Assembly (NCBI GenBank): GCA_951406725.2
Contig: OX597817.1
Coordinates: 115,754,001-115,818,000 of the forward strand
Source of the DNA: Octopus vulgaris
Taxonomy: Eukaryota
Direction: 5' to 3'
Length of the DNA: 64,000 bases
The notes beneath the pieces were generated by a model that was not told where the DNA came from, ran no database searches, and saw only the letters and a program-made list of their open reading frames with translations. Below are positions 12,566 to 25,545 of this stretch, one piece after another. The number at the start of each line of letters is the position of its first letter. Position 1 is the first letter of the stretch. Both the position numbers and the translations under genes were made by a program.

Positions 12566-14599
12566 TAATTCGATTTATCCAATCGAAATATTGCAACATC
12601 TAACAGTGAAATATAGAATTAAAGGTATAGAATCTACAATTCAAACTGTAAAGTCAAAATACCAAATATGCAAAATATGAAACATTCTTTAGCTTTGTCT
12701 AAAATGATAAACTCAACGATACCATGCAAAATCAAATATCTAGATCACAAACTAATTGCAACAAATGAATTGAGATGCTTGGTGACAGTGAACAAGCAAT
12801 ATACGTATCCCTTTATATATAGATAGATAGATACACACACACACACACACACTTACAAATCTTGTGTGTGTATTGCTTGCGCGTTTGTATGTGTGTGTGC
12901 GTGTGCCTTGTTTTGGGCACAGAAAGAATTTCGTTCCCAGTTTTTATTGCCTACGGAGGTCAAAGGCCATTGCTCTGGGTACAAAGAGACCAACTTTTCA
13001 ACAATGTGAAAATTAATAGCTACAAAAGAATTAAGAAAAGTAAGACCTTGAAATGGAATTATGATTATTACTGGAGAAAATCAAAAACATCTGCTCTTCC
13101 AATTAAAAAACTTCAATAAAAAAGATTCTTTTCCTTCCCAACCTAAAAGGTCACGAAAAAAGAAAACAAAACATATTGAATTCAACAAGTTTGACCACAC
13201 TGATACGAATCTCTCAAACATTTTTTTTCTTTCCTTTCTATTCCTCTGCAAAGCACCAAAATCACTCCTACTTTCTTTTCTCTTCTCTAGCTTCACTATC
13301 TCTCACTCTCTCTTCCTCTCTCACTCCTGCACCTCGATTTCTAAAACATCACTCCAAATTTTACACAAAAAGGCCAAGCAAACTGACTATGCAAATGTAA
13401 TGTTGCTTATGTGGCTTATGTATGTATGTATGTATGTATATATGTATGTATGCATATATGTGTATGTCATTGCCATTGCTTCTTGACACTGTTGATGTTT
13501 CTTAGTTTCATTTTATTTGAATTCTTTCGTTTTTCTTTTATCTCCCCAGGGAAGTTGTTGACAAGCATATTTCATTTCTTGTTTCTGGGCCCTTGATTTC
13601 ACAGATGTGAAGGTGTCGCTCCGGCAGACCCCAGCCTCTCAGTTGGCCTGTGTCCACACATACATACACACACACACGCGCACGCACATGAGTGTGAATG
13701 TGTGTTTGCAAATGTCACAACCAAATTTTGATAATTCTATAGCAAACGGTGTCTGTGAAGTTGCAAAAATTTGATGAATACCAGCCCTGTTAAGAGGAGG
13801 GAAGAAAACCAGACAAGCTTTCATAGTTGCATGGATGGAATGAAACTAACAACTTCTCCCTTCCTTCCAACGTCTCCTTTTTCTCTACCACCCCTACCAC
13901 CACATTAGACACCAGCGCCCACCTGGACCGTGCCAACGCCCACTGGGGAGCAGTAGTGCTCACTTTGGGAACCTTTAGTTTATAACATCAATCGTTCGCT
14001 TGTTGCTCTTATTAGTCTGTATATGCGTTCGATGGATACGTCGAACATAACTGAATAACATTTCTAAGAAATATCAGACCTACTACCTCACAAAGATAAT
14101 GCAGCCTACATGTATATGCATGTGTACTTCAGCGCGCGCGCGCACAAACACAAATACGCATACGCACACATATGTGTAATATGTGTGTGCGTGTCTGTGT
14201 GTATGTTTGTTTGTGTATAAATACACAAATCTGCAAGACATCTACTAATGACCTACCTTACATATTGAAATATATTTTCAGTTTTCCATAATCTTTACAT
14301 CTCTGCTATCTTGGTACAAGTTTATAACAGCTGGAAATATAAAATTTATACAAGAATATGCATTCAAATCATTTTGCCTTAAGTATTTAAATAAAATTAA
14401 TAAGCTGTCTCTATTATTTTGAAGTGAATTTCTGTCCATTAACTGGTATTACTTCAGAAAAATATGTGAAGCAACGTTTTGAACAAAATTTACAGAATAG
14501 CCATACGGATTTTCTTATTTCAGATATGATAGTAGTACATTTCACCAGAAGATCGTGGTAAGAGCGAAATTTGTATGAACAGCTAACTAGATACATCAT

Positions 14600-14715
14600 G
14601 ACTTTAATAGAACAAGTACTAGGTTTGCAAAGAATAAGCCATGGGGTCGATTTACTCGAATAAAGGCAGTGCTCCAGCATTGCTACAGTCACATGACTGA
14701 AAGAAGTAAAAGGTA
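14600..14715 (+). mobile_element. SINE family B, 3' fragment
   Basis: AAGTACTAGGTTTGCAAAGAATAAG...GTGCTCCAGCAT...ATGACTGAAA matches the 3' end of the copy at 27640-28030. Confidence 0.7.
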
Positions 14716-14749
14716 AATGATATGTATGCGTGTATAGATGCACTTGCGT

Positions 14750-14808
<59 letters not shown>

Positions 14809-16008
14809 CAAATCCACACGCTCATAAAAACCGACGTATGCTTGTGTGTGTGTGTGTACATGTGCCTTTATGGAGCAGATATTCAGTGGAATTAGGGATC
14901 ACTAATGTCAGAATGACAGTGAGGTTTTTCTAAAACATTCAACAACAAACGAATTTTCTTTAAAGTCAATGCACTTATATTTCCTTATGTTTTCACTTGT
15001 ATCCCCAAAAAGTTACGTATTTGTGCCTCAGCTCAGATATTGCACATTTCATAGAAATCTATTATCGCAATAATATCTTTAGAATTCTTAGAAACGTAAT
15101 ACATTACGCTCGTTTCACTGCAACGAAATTACTAATCGTTCCCTGTCATCAACTAAATTACATTACCACACATGCAGGTACAATTTCCTTCCATATGACA
15201 ATAACCGGCTTAACATATGAAAATTTAACACAACTTGAGGATAAGAATAATAATATTCATGAAACGAATATATATTGTGAATGCATCTACCTTCATATGT
15301 GCACATCACATCAAAATAGAGTTCTTAAGCTTGTCTCTCTCGAAAGAAATCATCTACTCACCTAACATAAAAGAACGAAAGCACTGACGTTTAATCGGAT
15401 TTCACAGCAGTGAGCTACAAACGCGCATAATTCTATTAAGAGTCTGCATAATGTGTAAGGAGCATTCTTTTCTAATCTTCAGCTTCACTATAACGCTCTA
15501 CCTACTCCAGACAATGTCATTACAATTTATCAATCCAAACTATATATCTAAATATAATTTTTCTAACAACTAACCTTTTATTTAGAAATGAAGGAAGTTC
15601 TATTTTTTGCAACTACATAAATTTCAGACAGTTTTATCGGAGCATATCTAGGTGTTTATTTTTGTGTACATAGCATTGTAACCATACTGATTTTGAAGAA
15701 GAAAAGTTAGCAATATTCATTTAAACATATTTCTTCCTTATGTTACTGATGCAAAGATACTGAGGTGGAAAAGAACCTGTTCTACTATATTGTAGACGGG
15801 AATGGCTAATATATAATAAATATGTGTGTGTGTATGTGTGAGTGTTTGTATGTTTGTGTGTATATATCTATTTTTCCTGGTGAAGGCGGGTTTATGGGGT
15901 TACCCTAGTGTATATATATATAGAAAATGCTAAAATATTTAGAAAATTTAGAAAATATTTAGAAAATGGTAAAATTATTTTATAAAATACATTTAATTTT
16001 GTGTACAT

Positions 16009-16046
<38 letters not shown>

Positions 16047-16339
16047 TATACCAGTGTAAGCATATAGATGTGAAACAAGGTGGGAAAAATTGTACTCCAA
16101 AATTGGAGGTAGAATAATATGCTTTATTATTAAAGCGTTAAAAACATCGCAAAAATATTACCAAACCTGCTACTCAGATTTTATCGAACATTTGCGATGT
16201 GGAATCACAGTTGTGATTCTGAGTAGCAGCGTTTTGTGATTTTTTGTGATGTTTTTGAAGCTTTAATAAAAAAGTGTATAAGTATATATATATATATATG
16301 TGTGTGTGTGTATGTGTGTGTGTGTGTGAGTGTGTGTAT

Positions 16340-17075
16340 GTGTGTAATTTTTGGGATCAATGGGTATATATCAATTAGTGTGTTGTGTAAAGCACGTTCA
16401 CACTTTGAGCTACCTGGTGTCACCCACGACTGGGATATATTTCCGCTGAATCTACTTCAGCTATTCCGCATTGTTTGTTGAGATAATTATAATCGATGAA
16501 TGAAGCGGAAAATGAATTTAGCATTCAGTACGACGATAGTTTCTACCCCGCCTGCGACTGTCCTTTATTGGTGGGATGTTTGTGCATCCGTGTTGCATCA
16601 ATCAGTCTGGGTCTCATCAGGTACATGCATACATAAAGTGGTATCCCGCTAAATATATTGAGTTTCCGCAGTCATATTGATGTTTGCCCGTTGTATCAGC
16701 GAATGGGGCTAGCTACAGCTGTCTTTATGTTAAATATTCACAACGAAGTAATCGTAAACAAAAAAAGTATAAACTATAAATACTATATATAAAATATATA
16801 TATGAAAAATAGATATATAAATAAAATAGAGAGAGGGTAAGACATGTGAAAGAAATATTATATTGTATTAAGTTTAAAGACGCAATCTACCCTTTCTTTA
16901 AAATTTTTAACCCTCCCTTTATTTGTTTCTTATGTATATTTATATCTTTTATGGTTTAATCTTTTATGTTTATGATTATGTTTTATGATATCAACTTAAT
17001 TTTTTAGCGGGGCACTATTTAATGTATGCATGTACCTGATGAGACACAAACAGCACTGATCGATGCAACATATTT
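16340..17075 (-). mobile_element. Non-coding hammerhead-bearing repeat (PLE-derived/retrozyme-like) with inverted partial copy
   Basis: Homologous to 47430-47870; arms ~16585-16855 and ~16890-17075 are inverted. Confidence 0.65.
16528..16624 (-). ncRNA. Type I hammerhead ribozyme motif with long stem II loop
   Basis: Minus strand gtac-CTGATGA-gaccc...gggta-GAAAC-tatc-GTC-gtac. Confidence 0.6.
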
Positions 17076-17268
17076 GATTGCACAACCCACACACACACAC
17101 ATATTTGTAAGAAAATATAGAAAACTCATTGAATTGTATAAGACACACTCAGTTAACATTCAAACACACACACATTTGAGACTGTCTACCTTGAAATTCA
17201 CATTCGGTTCCCTTACTTGCGCCCATTTTAATAGTGATGCAATTGTGATTTAGACGGAATTATTCTCG

Positions 17269-17306
<38 letters not shown>

Positions 17307-17389
17307 GGTCCCGGGTTGATTCGGGGTTAACCACAGTAAATAAGGTACTCAATACATAGCAGAGTAAAATTAATTTATTATATAGAAGG

Positions 17390-17440
17390 AGCTTCTACAG
17401 GACTAGAACTGTTTCATTCAAGAGAAATCATCAGGAAGCT
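17390..17440 (-). ncRNA. Type I hammerhead ribozyme motif
   Basis: Minus strand agcttc-CTGATGA-tttctcttgaat-GAAA-cag-ttctagtc-ctg-TA-gaagct; 6-bp stem I, GUA cleavage triplet. Confidence 0.75.
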
Positions 17441-17695
17441 AGTTAACAAGAATTGTTTTGGCATTTATACATTTAGGCAGGTTTAAAGGGGTGCTGGTGG
17501 GGGACTTTTGGGGGTAGGCATAGCGCAAAAATATCATACTTAGGGGAGTGGTCAAGGAGTCAGTGGTAAATTAGATAAAAGAATAAAAAAATAAATAGAA
17601 TAGAGTTTTAGGTAAATAAGGAGATTCTCACTTATACATATACACATATGTATATATATACACACACACACACATATACATACACACACATACAC

Positions 17696-17746
<51 letters not shown>

Positions 17747-18328
17747 TGTATACATACACATACATACACATACATATACACACATATATATACATACACA
17801 CACATACACACATACACACACATATATACATACACACATGCACACACATGTCCATATATACACATATATATATATATACATATGTGTACCTATACATACC
17901 TACACATACACACATATACATACACATACAAACCCATTCCCTTATTTTAATTTTATTATTATTTTCATTTATTACTTTTGTTATCTTTGACCGCGGTCAC
18001 AAGCATCTTGGCTATCGTCCCCCTGGGGACGACAGCAAGTCCATTTATATTTCTACTCGAACACAAGCACTCACTCACGCACGCACACTCATTCGCACGC
18101 ACACACACTCATTCGTACACTCATACACATACACGCACGCACGCGTTATATTCATACATACATACATCTACATACATTCACATATATACACATACGTACG
18201 CGTACCTACAGATTCATGTCTACACGCTTACACATACATACCTCAATACACCCACAGAAGACTAGTCCGTACATATACACCAATAAATATATATACATAT
18301 ATACATATACACCTACATACACATACAT

Positions 18329-18378
<50 letters not shown>

Positions 18379-19002
18379 GTATATATACACATACAGATAC
18401 ATACACCTATACATACATACATATATACACATACACACACCCACACATATACATATACATATATATACACACATACATACACATACATATATATATACAT
18501 ATATATATACACACATATATATATATATATACACACATACATATACATATATATATATACATACACACACATACACATATACCTGCGTACACATACACAC
18601 ACACACACACACGCGCATCCATATATACACATAAGTACACACATGCGTAAAAGTATACATATATCTATACATATGCTTACACATACACACACACACACAC
18701 GCGCCTCCTTATGTTCATATACTTACATGCATACTCAAAAAATAAATAATAAAATATATATACGTGCAGTTATTCATATACATACATGCATACTCAAAAA
18801 ATAAATAATAAATATTAAGTATATATACGTGCAGTTACCTATTATACAGACGGATACATACATATAAACTTACACATATATACCTATTTACACATATGTA
18901 TATATACATACATACATAACTCTACGTACCTACATATACATAAACACACGAGCGTACATGTATATGTACATATACATATGTGTGTACATATACACACACA
19001 TT

Positions 19003-19048
<46 letters not shown>

Positions 19049-19398
19049 TACACATACACACATATATATATACATACATATACACACATGAGTATGCGTT
19101 TGTATGCATGTATGTATTTATGTATATAAGGTGGCGCGTGAGTGTGTGTATGTGTATGCACTTGTATAGAAATATGTATACATTTATGCATGTATGTACT
19201 TATGTGTATATACGTGTATATATATGTGTGTATGCGTATGTGTGTGTGTGTATGAGTATGTATGTATGTATGTATACACACAAGTGTATATATATATATG
19301 TATATATATGTATGTATATGTATGTGTATATATGTATATATATATATGTGTGTGTGTATGTGTGTATATGTATGTATATATATATGTGTGTATGTGTA

Positions 19399-19438
<40 letters not shown>

Positions 19439-19452
19439 AATGTGTGTGTATA

Positions 19453-19499
<47 letters not shown>

Positions 19500-20263
19500 A
19501 TGTATGTGTGTGTATGTATATATGTATGTGTGTGTGTGTATGTGTGTATATGTATGTATATATATATGTGTGTATGTGCATGTGTGTGTATATATGTATA
19601 TATATATATATATATATGTATGTATATATATGTATATGTATATGTATGTGTATATGTATATCTACATATACGTGTACGCTCGTGTGTTTATGTATATGTA
19701 GGTACGTAGAGTTATGTATGTATGTATGTATATATCCATATGTGTAAATAGGTATATATGTGTAAGTTTATATGTATGTATCCGTCTGTATAATAGGTAA
19801 CTGCACGTATATATACTTAATATTTATTATTTATTTTTTGAGTATGCATGTATGTATATGAATAACTGCACGTATATATATTTTATTATTTATTTTTTGA
19901 GTATGCATGTAAGTATATGAACATAAGGAGGCGCGTGTGTGTGTGTGTATGTGTAAGCATATGTATAGATATATGTATACTTTTACGCATGTGTGTACTT
20001 ATCTGTATATATGGATGCGCGCGTGTGTGTGTGTGTGTATGTGTACGCAGGTATATGTGTATGTGTGTGTATGTATATATATATATGTATATGTATGTGT
20101 ATATATATATATATATATATATGTGTATGTATATATATATGTATATATATATGTATGTGTATGTATGTGTGTATATGTATATGTGTGGGTGTGTGTATGT
20201 GTATATATGTATGTATGTATGGGTGTATGTATTTGTATGTGTATATATACGTATATATATATA

Positions 20264-20793
20264 CTTTGATACTTTGATACTTTGATAGGTTTCGGCCATT
20301 ATTGGCCCAGGCCATGTCTAACTTAATAGCACCACCTGGTGAAGTCTTTCAAGTCAGAATTTGGGCACTATGGCCCACTCAAGTAGAGAGTTATTGTTTA
20401 CAGAGACATATCCGGGTGTAGGGGGTTTATCTGGGATTTCTTGAAGGAATCTGTCCAAAGACTTCTTGAACCCTATAGGGTCAGTTTCTGTTTTAATGTG
20501 TTTTGGTGTGATGTTAAAGAGAGCGGGGCCAATTGAGGTGAAATAATTGTGCCGTATTGTTGTTATGAGATGAGAGTGCGATTTTTGTTTTGGGCGGATG
20601 GCACGGGGCCCAAGCCTTGGATGTACCTTAAAGGTGATGCCAACATCATTTGGGCAATGCTGATGGAATATTTTCCACATCATGCAGATGATGTAGCGCT
20701 CACGACGACGTTGGAGAGAATAGAGTTTTAGCTTTTCTAGTCGACCCCAATAGTCGAGGCCTGTCATGCCATCTATCTTTTTTGTGATTGCCC
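20264..20793 (-). mobile_element. 5'-truncated CR1-group LINE (ORF2 C-terminus, 3' UTR, tandem-repeat tail)
   Basis: RAITKKIDGMTGLDYWGRLEKLKLYSLQRRRERY...GPALFN...FKKSLDRFL; (GTATCAAA)n tail; inserted in a (TA)n tract. Confidence 0.85.
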
Positions 20794-21389
20794 TATATAT
20801 ATATGTGTGTGTGTATGTATGTGTATGTAGGTGTATATGTATATGTGTATATATATTTATTGGTGTATATGTATGGACTAGTCTTCTGTGGGTGTATTGA
20901 GGTATGTATGTGTAAGCGTGTAGACATGAATCTGTAGGTACGCGTACGTATGTGTATATATGTAGATGTATGTATGTATGAATATAACGCTTGCGTGCGT
21001 GTATGTGTATGAGTGTACGAATGAGTGTGTGTGCGTGCGAATGAGTGTGCGTGGGTGAGTGAGTGCTTGTGTTCGAGTAGAAAGATAAATTGACTTGCTG
21101 TCGTCCCCAGGGGGACGATAGCCAAGATGCTTGTGACCGCGGTCAAAGATAACAAAAGTAATAAATGAAAATAATAATAAAATTAAAATAAGGGAATGGG
21201 TTTGTATGTGTATGTATATGTGTGTATGCGTAGGTATGTATAGGTACACATATGTATATATATATATATGTGTATATATGGATATGTGTGTGCATGTGTG
21301 TATGTATATATGTGTGTGTATGTGTGTATGTGTATGTGTGTGTATGTATATATTTGTGTGTATATGTATGTGTGGGCGTGTGTGTATTT

Positions 21390-21429
<40 letters not shown>

Positions 21430-21700
21430 ACATATGTGTGCATGTATATGTGTGTGTGTGTGTGTGTATATATACATATGTGTATATGTATAAGTGAGAA
21501 TATCCTTATTTACCTAAAACTCTATTCTTCTATTTATTTTTTTATTCTTTTATTTATTCTTTTATCTAATTTACCACTGACTCCTTGACCACTCCCCTAA
21601 GTATGATATTTTTGCGCTATGCCTACCCCCAAAAAGACCCCCACCACCACCCCTTTAAACCTGCCTAAATGTATAAATGCCAAAACAATTCTTGTTAACT

Positions 21701-21751
21701 AGCTTCCTGATGATTTCTCTTGAATGAAACAGTTCTAGTCCTGTAGATGCT
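21701..21751 (+). ncRNA. Type I hammerhead ribozyme motif (mirror copy of 17390-17440)
   Basis: agcttc-CTGATGA-tttctcttgaat-GAAA-cag...ctg-TA-gatgct; one stem I mismatch. Confidence 0.7.
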
Positions 21752-22362
21752 CCTTCTATATAATAAATTAATATATATATATATATATTGTTGCTGTTCT
21801 TCTCCTTGTTTCGAAATGAAACAGTAAACAGTTTAAAATATCAATAAAATACTTTCACTTCTATACCATCTAACTATACAACTTTCATTATCTTTGCTCG
21901 TATCTTGTTCTTTGTACCTATATTTATTTATTGTATGGATATATATTTCCCTATTACATTTACACGCATACATATTCAGCGCAGTATTGTGCAGCAGGAG
22001 TTGTAGATGTTTCCCTTGGATATTTTTGCTCTGAAATTGTAGTCCAGTGTAAATTCTGTGTTGGGGATTCAACGAAACACTTTGAGATGCTCTCTTTATT
22101 GCCTAACTTTGCATAAAAGTTGTAAAGTATGCTACATATCGAATTTATCAGGGAAATTATAGGATGCACTTCTTAAGCGCATCCTCGTGCGTAATATCTA
22201 ATTGACAAGGAAATAACATATAGAGTTCATATTTAACTGAATACTTCAAATATATGAAGTATATATAAGTCGATTTTCACATATGACGATAATTTCATCC
22301 TGCTTAATTTTATGTAAAATACAATATACAATAGAATCATGTAACACAACCTCTCGAAGTAT

Positions 22363-22616
22363 CTTTCATTTACTACTTGTTTCAGTCATTAGACCGCGAC
22401 CATGCTGGGGCACCTCCTTGAAGAATTTATAGTCGAATGTATCAACCCCAGTACATCTTTGTTTTTTAAGCCTGGTACTTATTCTAACAATTTCTTTTGC
22501 CAAACTGGTAAGTTACAGGGACATAAACACACCATCACCGGTTATCAATCGGTGGAAGGAGGACAAACATAGACACACATACATATATACATACATAAAT
22601 ATACACTCTGACACAC

Positions 22617-22658
<42 letters not shown>

Positions 22659-22720
22659 GAGGGCTTCTTTCAATTTCCGTCTACTAAATACACACAAAAG
22701 GCTTTGGTTGGCTCGTGGCT
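22363..22720 (-). mobile_element. SINE family B
   Basis: Reverse complement of the family B body with an internal TA/CA microsatellite. Confidence 0.75.
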
Positions 22721-23528
22721 AAACACATGCTAGCAAATAAAGTCACAAATAATTGTTTGGCAATTGTCACTATATGTCGAAAACACATAGCCAGACGGCA
22801 GCTGCACATAGAAAAACCCATTTCCTCAGAAATAATAACTCCCTGTGCAAAACACAGACGCTTACATTAATACTAGAAAACAAACGAAAGTTATATCTGT
22901 CAAAAGCAAGCCATGGAAATAAAATGTCAAATTGGTCGGTTTTAAAGAGCAAAATATATTTAATGCAATATATATATTTTTTTTAATGTATATAATCGAG
23001 GAAACTTAAAAATTATTTTGATAAACTTATACATTATATAGTATTTCTATTTATAAAGTTGAAGTTCTCGACTATTCAATAATGTTTACGTAAGATTTAC
23101 GTAAGACGCATTCGTGTTCTAAATATTATAAATATGACTGAGTAAATTTTACTTCTGATTAGATGAAGTTTATTTCGTTTATCAGAAATCATGTTTTCAT
23201 TTGCAACTATCGACACTAGAATATGTTATGATAATGTTATTGATGTGGTTCAAGAGATGCACAGTTTCAATATTAGGAGCTTCAAAATGTATCTTTCAAT
23301 TAGAATGTTAATTTCAGCTTTTCATTATCAGTCGCTTTCATAAGTATATATATATATATATGTAAATATGTATGTATTCTATGTGTGCAATGTAATGTAT
23401 ACATGTACTTATGGATGTCTTCATCCATGTAGTATGAATGTATATATGTATGTATATAAATCTATCCATGTATCTATGAATCTATGAATCTATCTATCTA
23501 TCCTCCTTTGTCTGTGTATGTATGTATA

Positions 23529-23612
<84 letters not shown>

Positions 23613-24236
23613 TGTGTGTCTTGTGTTTTTGAATATACATGCATGAACATATGCATGTGCACACAGCTTGATATGTATGTGTTTATTGAATTTACATAAT
23701 CTGCATATATTTGTTTAGTCGCATATAATTTTGTTTCTCGTCATTCTACCCTCCACTATTGTTGTGACATGAGCATAATGTGGCTGTACTTTCAATATTG
23801 AATTAAGCAGATACAATCTTGTTTCAACATTACAAGAATCTGATATTTATATTAGGCTTACACCCCTTGGGAAATTAGTTTGATCTAAAGTATGCTTTCT
23901 GCTTGGTTTTAAGCTACAGGATAAAGCTGGTGACACATAATATATGCATATTATAAGCTCCAATATTCCGATTACCAGCGTTGAATATAATATGATTTTC
24001 CTTTTGAACACACACGATATTAACAAGATAAAGTTTTGCCTCTATAATATCGTTGTATTTATTCGCTCAAATAATAGAAACATGCCATACTGTCAAAGAA
24101 ATAAAATGTAAAATTGTATACGATATCCGTTAAAGAGGATTCTATCTGATCAGATTTCAAATGAAGAATTTTCTCGAAAGAGATCTATAAGAAAAATAAT
24201 TGTCCGACTTGTTCCCGAATATTGTTGATATAGGCA

Positions 24237-24425
24237 TTTTCTCCCTACTGCAGTCATTCAACTGCGGTCATCATAAATTTAATCGAAGAAATTGATCGCA
24301 GTACTCATAGTTCCAATATTTCTGGTCCTTAAGCTATCGTTGTTTGTGCGAAGCTTTAAGATATAGAAATATATGCAAAGCAACACCGGTTATCAAGCGG
24401 TATGGAGACAAACACAGACATTCAC
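24237..24425 (-). mobile_element. SINE family B, diverged 3' fragment
   Basis: CAGTCATTCAACTGCGGTCAT...CACCGGTTATCAAGCGGT. Confidence 0.55.
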
Positions 24426-24447
24426 ACACACAAAACACACACGCATA

Positions 24448-24520
<73 letters not shown>

Positions 24521-24531
24521 ATATGTGTATA

Positions 24532-25090
24532 CTCATAAGGGAAAAAATTACTAATTATTCCCTTTAAATATATCTATTTATATTAAGGGCATTACGATAC
24601 ATAAATGCCTCACACTAGGAGAGAATCTTAGAATCAAAACTATCATAATAAACACATTGTACCGAACGCTACGGAATGCAACTTTCAAAGCGAGCCTTTA
24701 AGATCGTATGATTTCAGCCGCAGATCGTATGATTTCATAAGTAGTGCACAAAAGTGAAGTTTAATCGTCAGTGCAGGCATAATCAAGACACATAAAAATG
24801 AACAAAAAATCAACATACCAGACGAACACCAAATGTATCCAGCATAGTACATAGAATTGTTCACACTCATATATCTATGAAGGAGGCTGGCTTTTCGAAT
24901 GGCATCTTGGTACACGTGTTTATTCAGAATAAAATTCAGCACTGAATATATTCCGGTTAAATTTACAATTTAAGATTTTATCCTATAAAATCTTTATAAG
25001 AATTTATCAAGTAGTTAGCGTGAAAAACCTCATAAGGGAAACAAATTATTAATTATTCCCTTTAAATATATTTATTTTCATTGAGGGCAT
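24532..25090. repeat. Repeat bounded by ~60-bp direct repeats (24532-24592, 25029-25090)
   Basis: CTCATAAGGGAAA...AATTATTCCCTTTAAATATAT...AGGGCAT occurs twice; begins next to (TA)n. Confidence 0.7.
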
Positions 25091-25352
25091 AGAATACGAG
25101 ATCACCTGGGATAGAATACGAGATCACGTGATTGAGAATCGAACTTCTTGATTGCACAACTCTGATTTACTTATCTTGCTTTTAACAGTGAAGGCAGTTG
25201 TCGTTTGTTACAAAATATTGATACATAAATACACGCATACAGACTCTCAGTCTCTGTCTCCCCTCTCTCTCCTCTCTCTCCCTTCTCTCCCTTCTTTCTC
25301 CTCTCTCTCTCCTTTCCCACCTTTTCCGGCATACATATGCATTTTATATCCC

Positions 25353-25545
25353 TATTAACCCCGCCTTAGCGAAGGTGAGGATATTGTTTTTAGTCGTGAT
25401 TGTTTGTCCGTCTGTGGGAAAGATATCTCAAGAACCGCTAGATGGATTTGTATGAAATTTTCAGGAAGGTTTGGCCTCGTGACTGTTACAAAATGATTAG
25501 ATTCTGGGACTGATCCGATACCGGACAAGGATTCTGGATTATTTG
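25353..25545 (+). mobile_element. Helentron/DINE-like non-autonomous element, 5' part
   Basis: TATTAACCCCGCCTTAGCGAAGGTGAGG hairpin start, then TGTTTGTCCGTCTGT and GATATCTCAAGAACCGCTAGATGGATTTGTATGAAATTT. Confidence 0.55.

Larger units (their letters stand above)
17304..21771. repeat. ~4.4-kb inverted duplication (arms ~17371-19090 and ~19350-21771) of a microsatellite-rich PLE-like element
   Basis: Unique islands 17371-17635, 17930-18320 and 18600-18960 recur as reverse complements at 21490-21771, 20800-21200 and 19670-20050; (TA)n on both flanks. Confidence 0.92.

Noticed and set aside
17552-21588. Many long ORFs rich in Y/I/H/T/V/C/M, up to 354 aa
   Set aside because: Translations of CA/TA microsatellites that lack stop codons; not genes.
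21960-22169. Possible minus-strand exon (TTISEQKYPRETSTTPAAQYCAE) with candidate splice sites
   Set aside because: No recognisable domain and no neighbouring exons; splice signals are weak.
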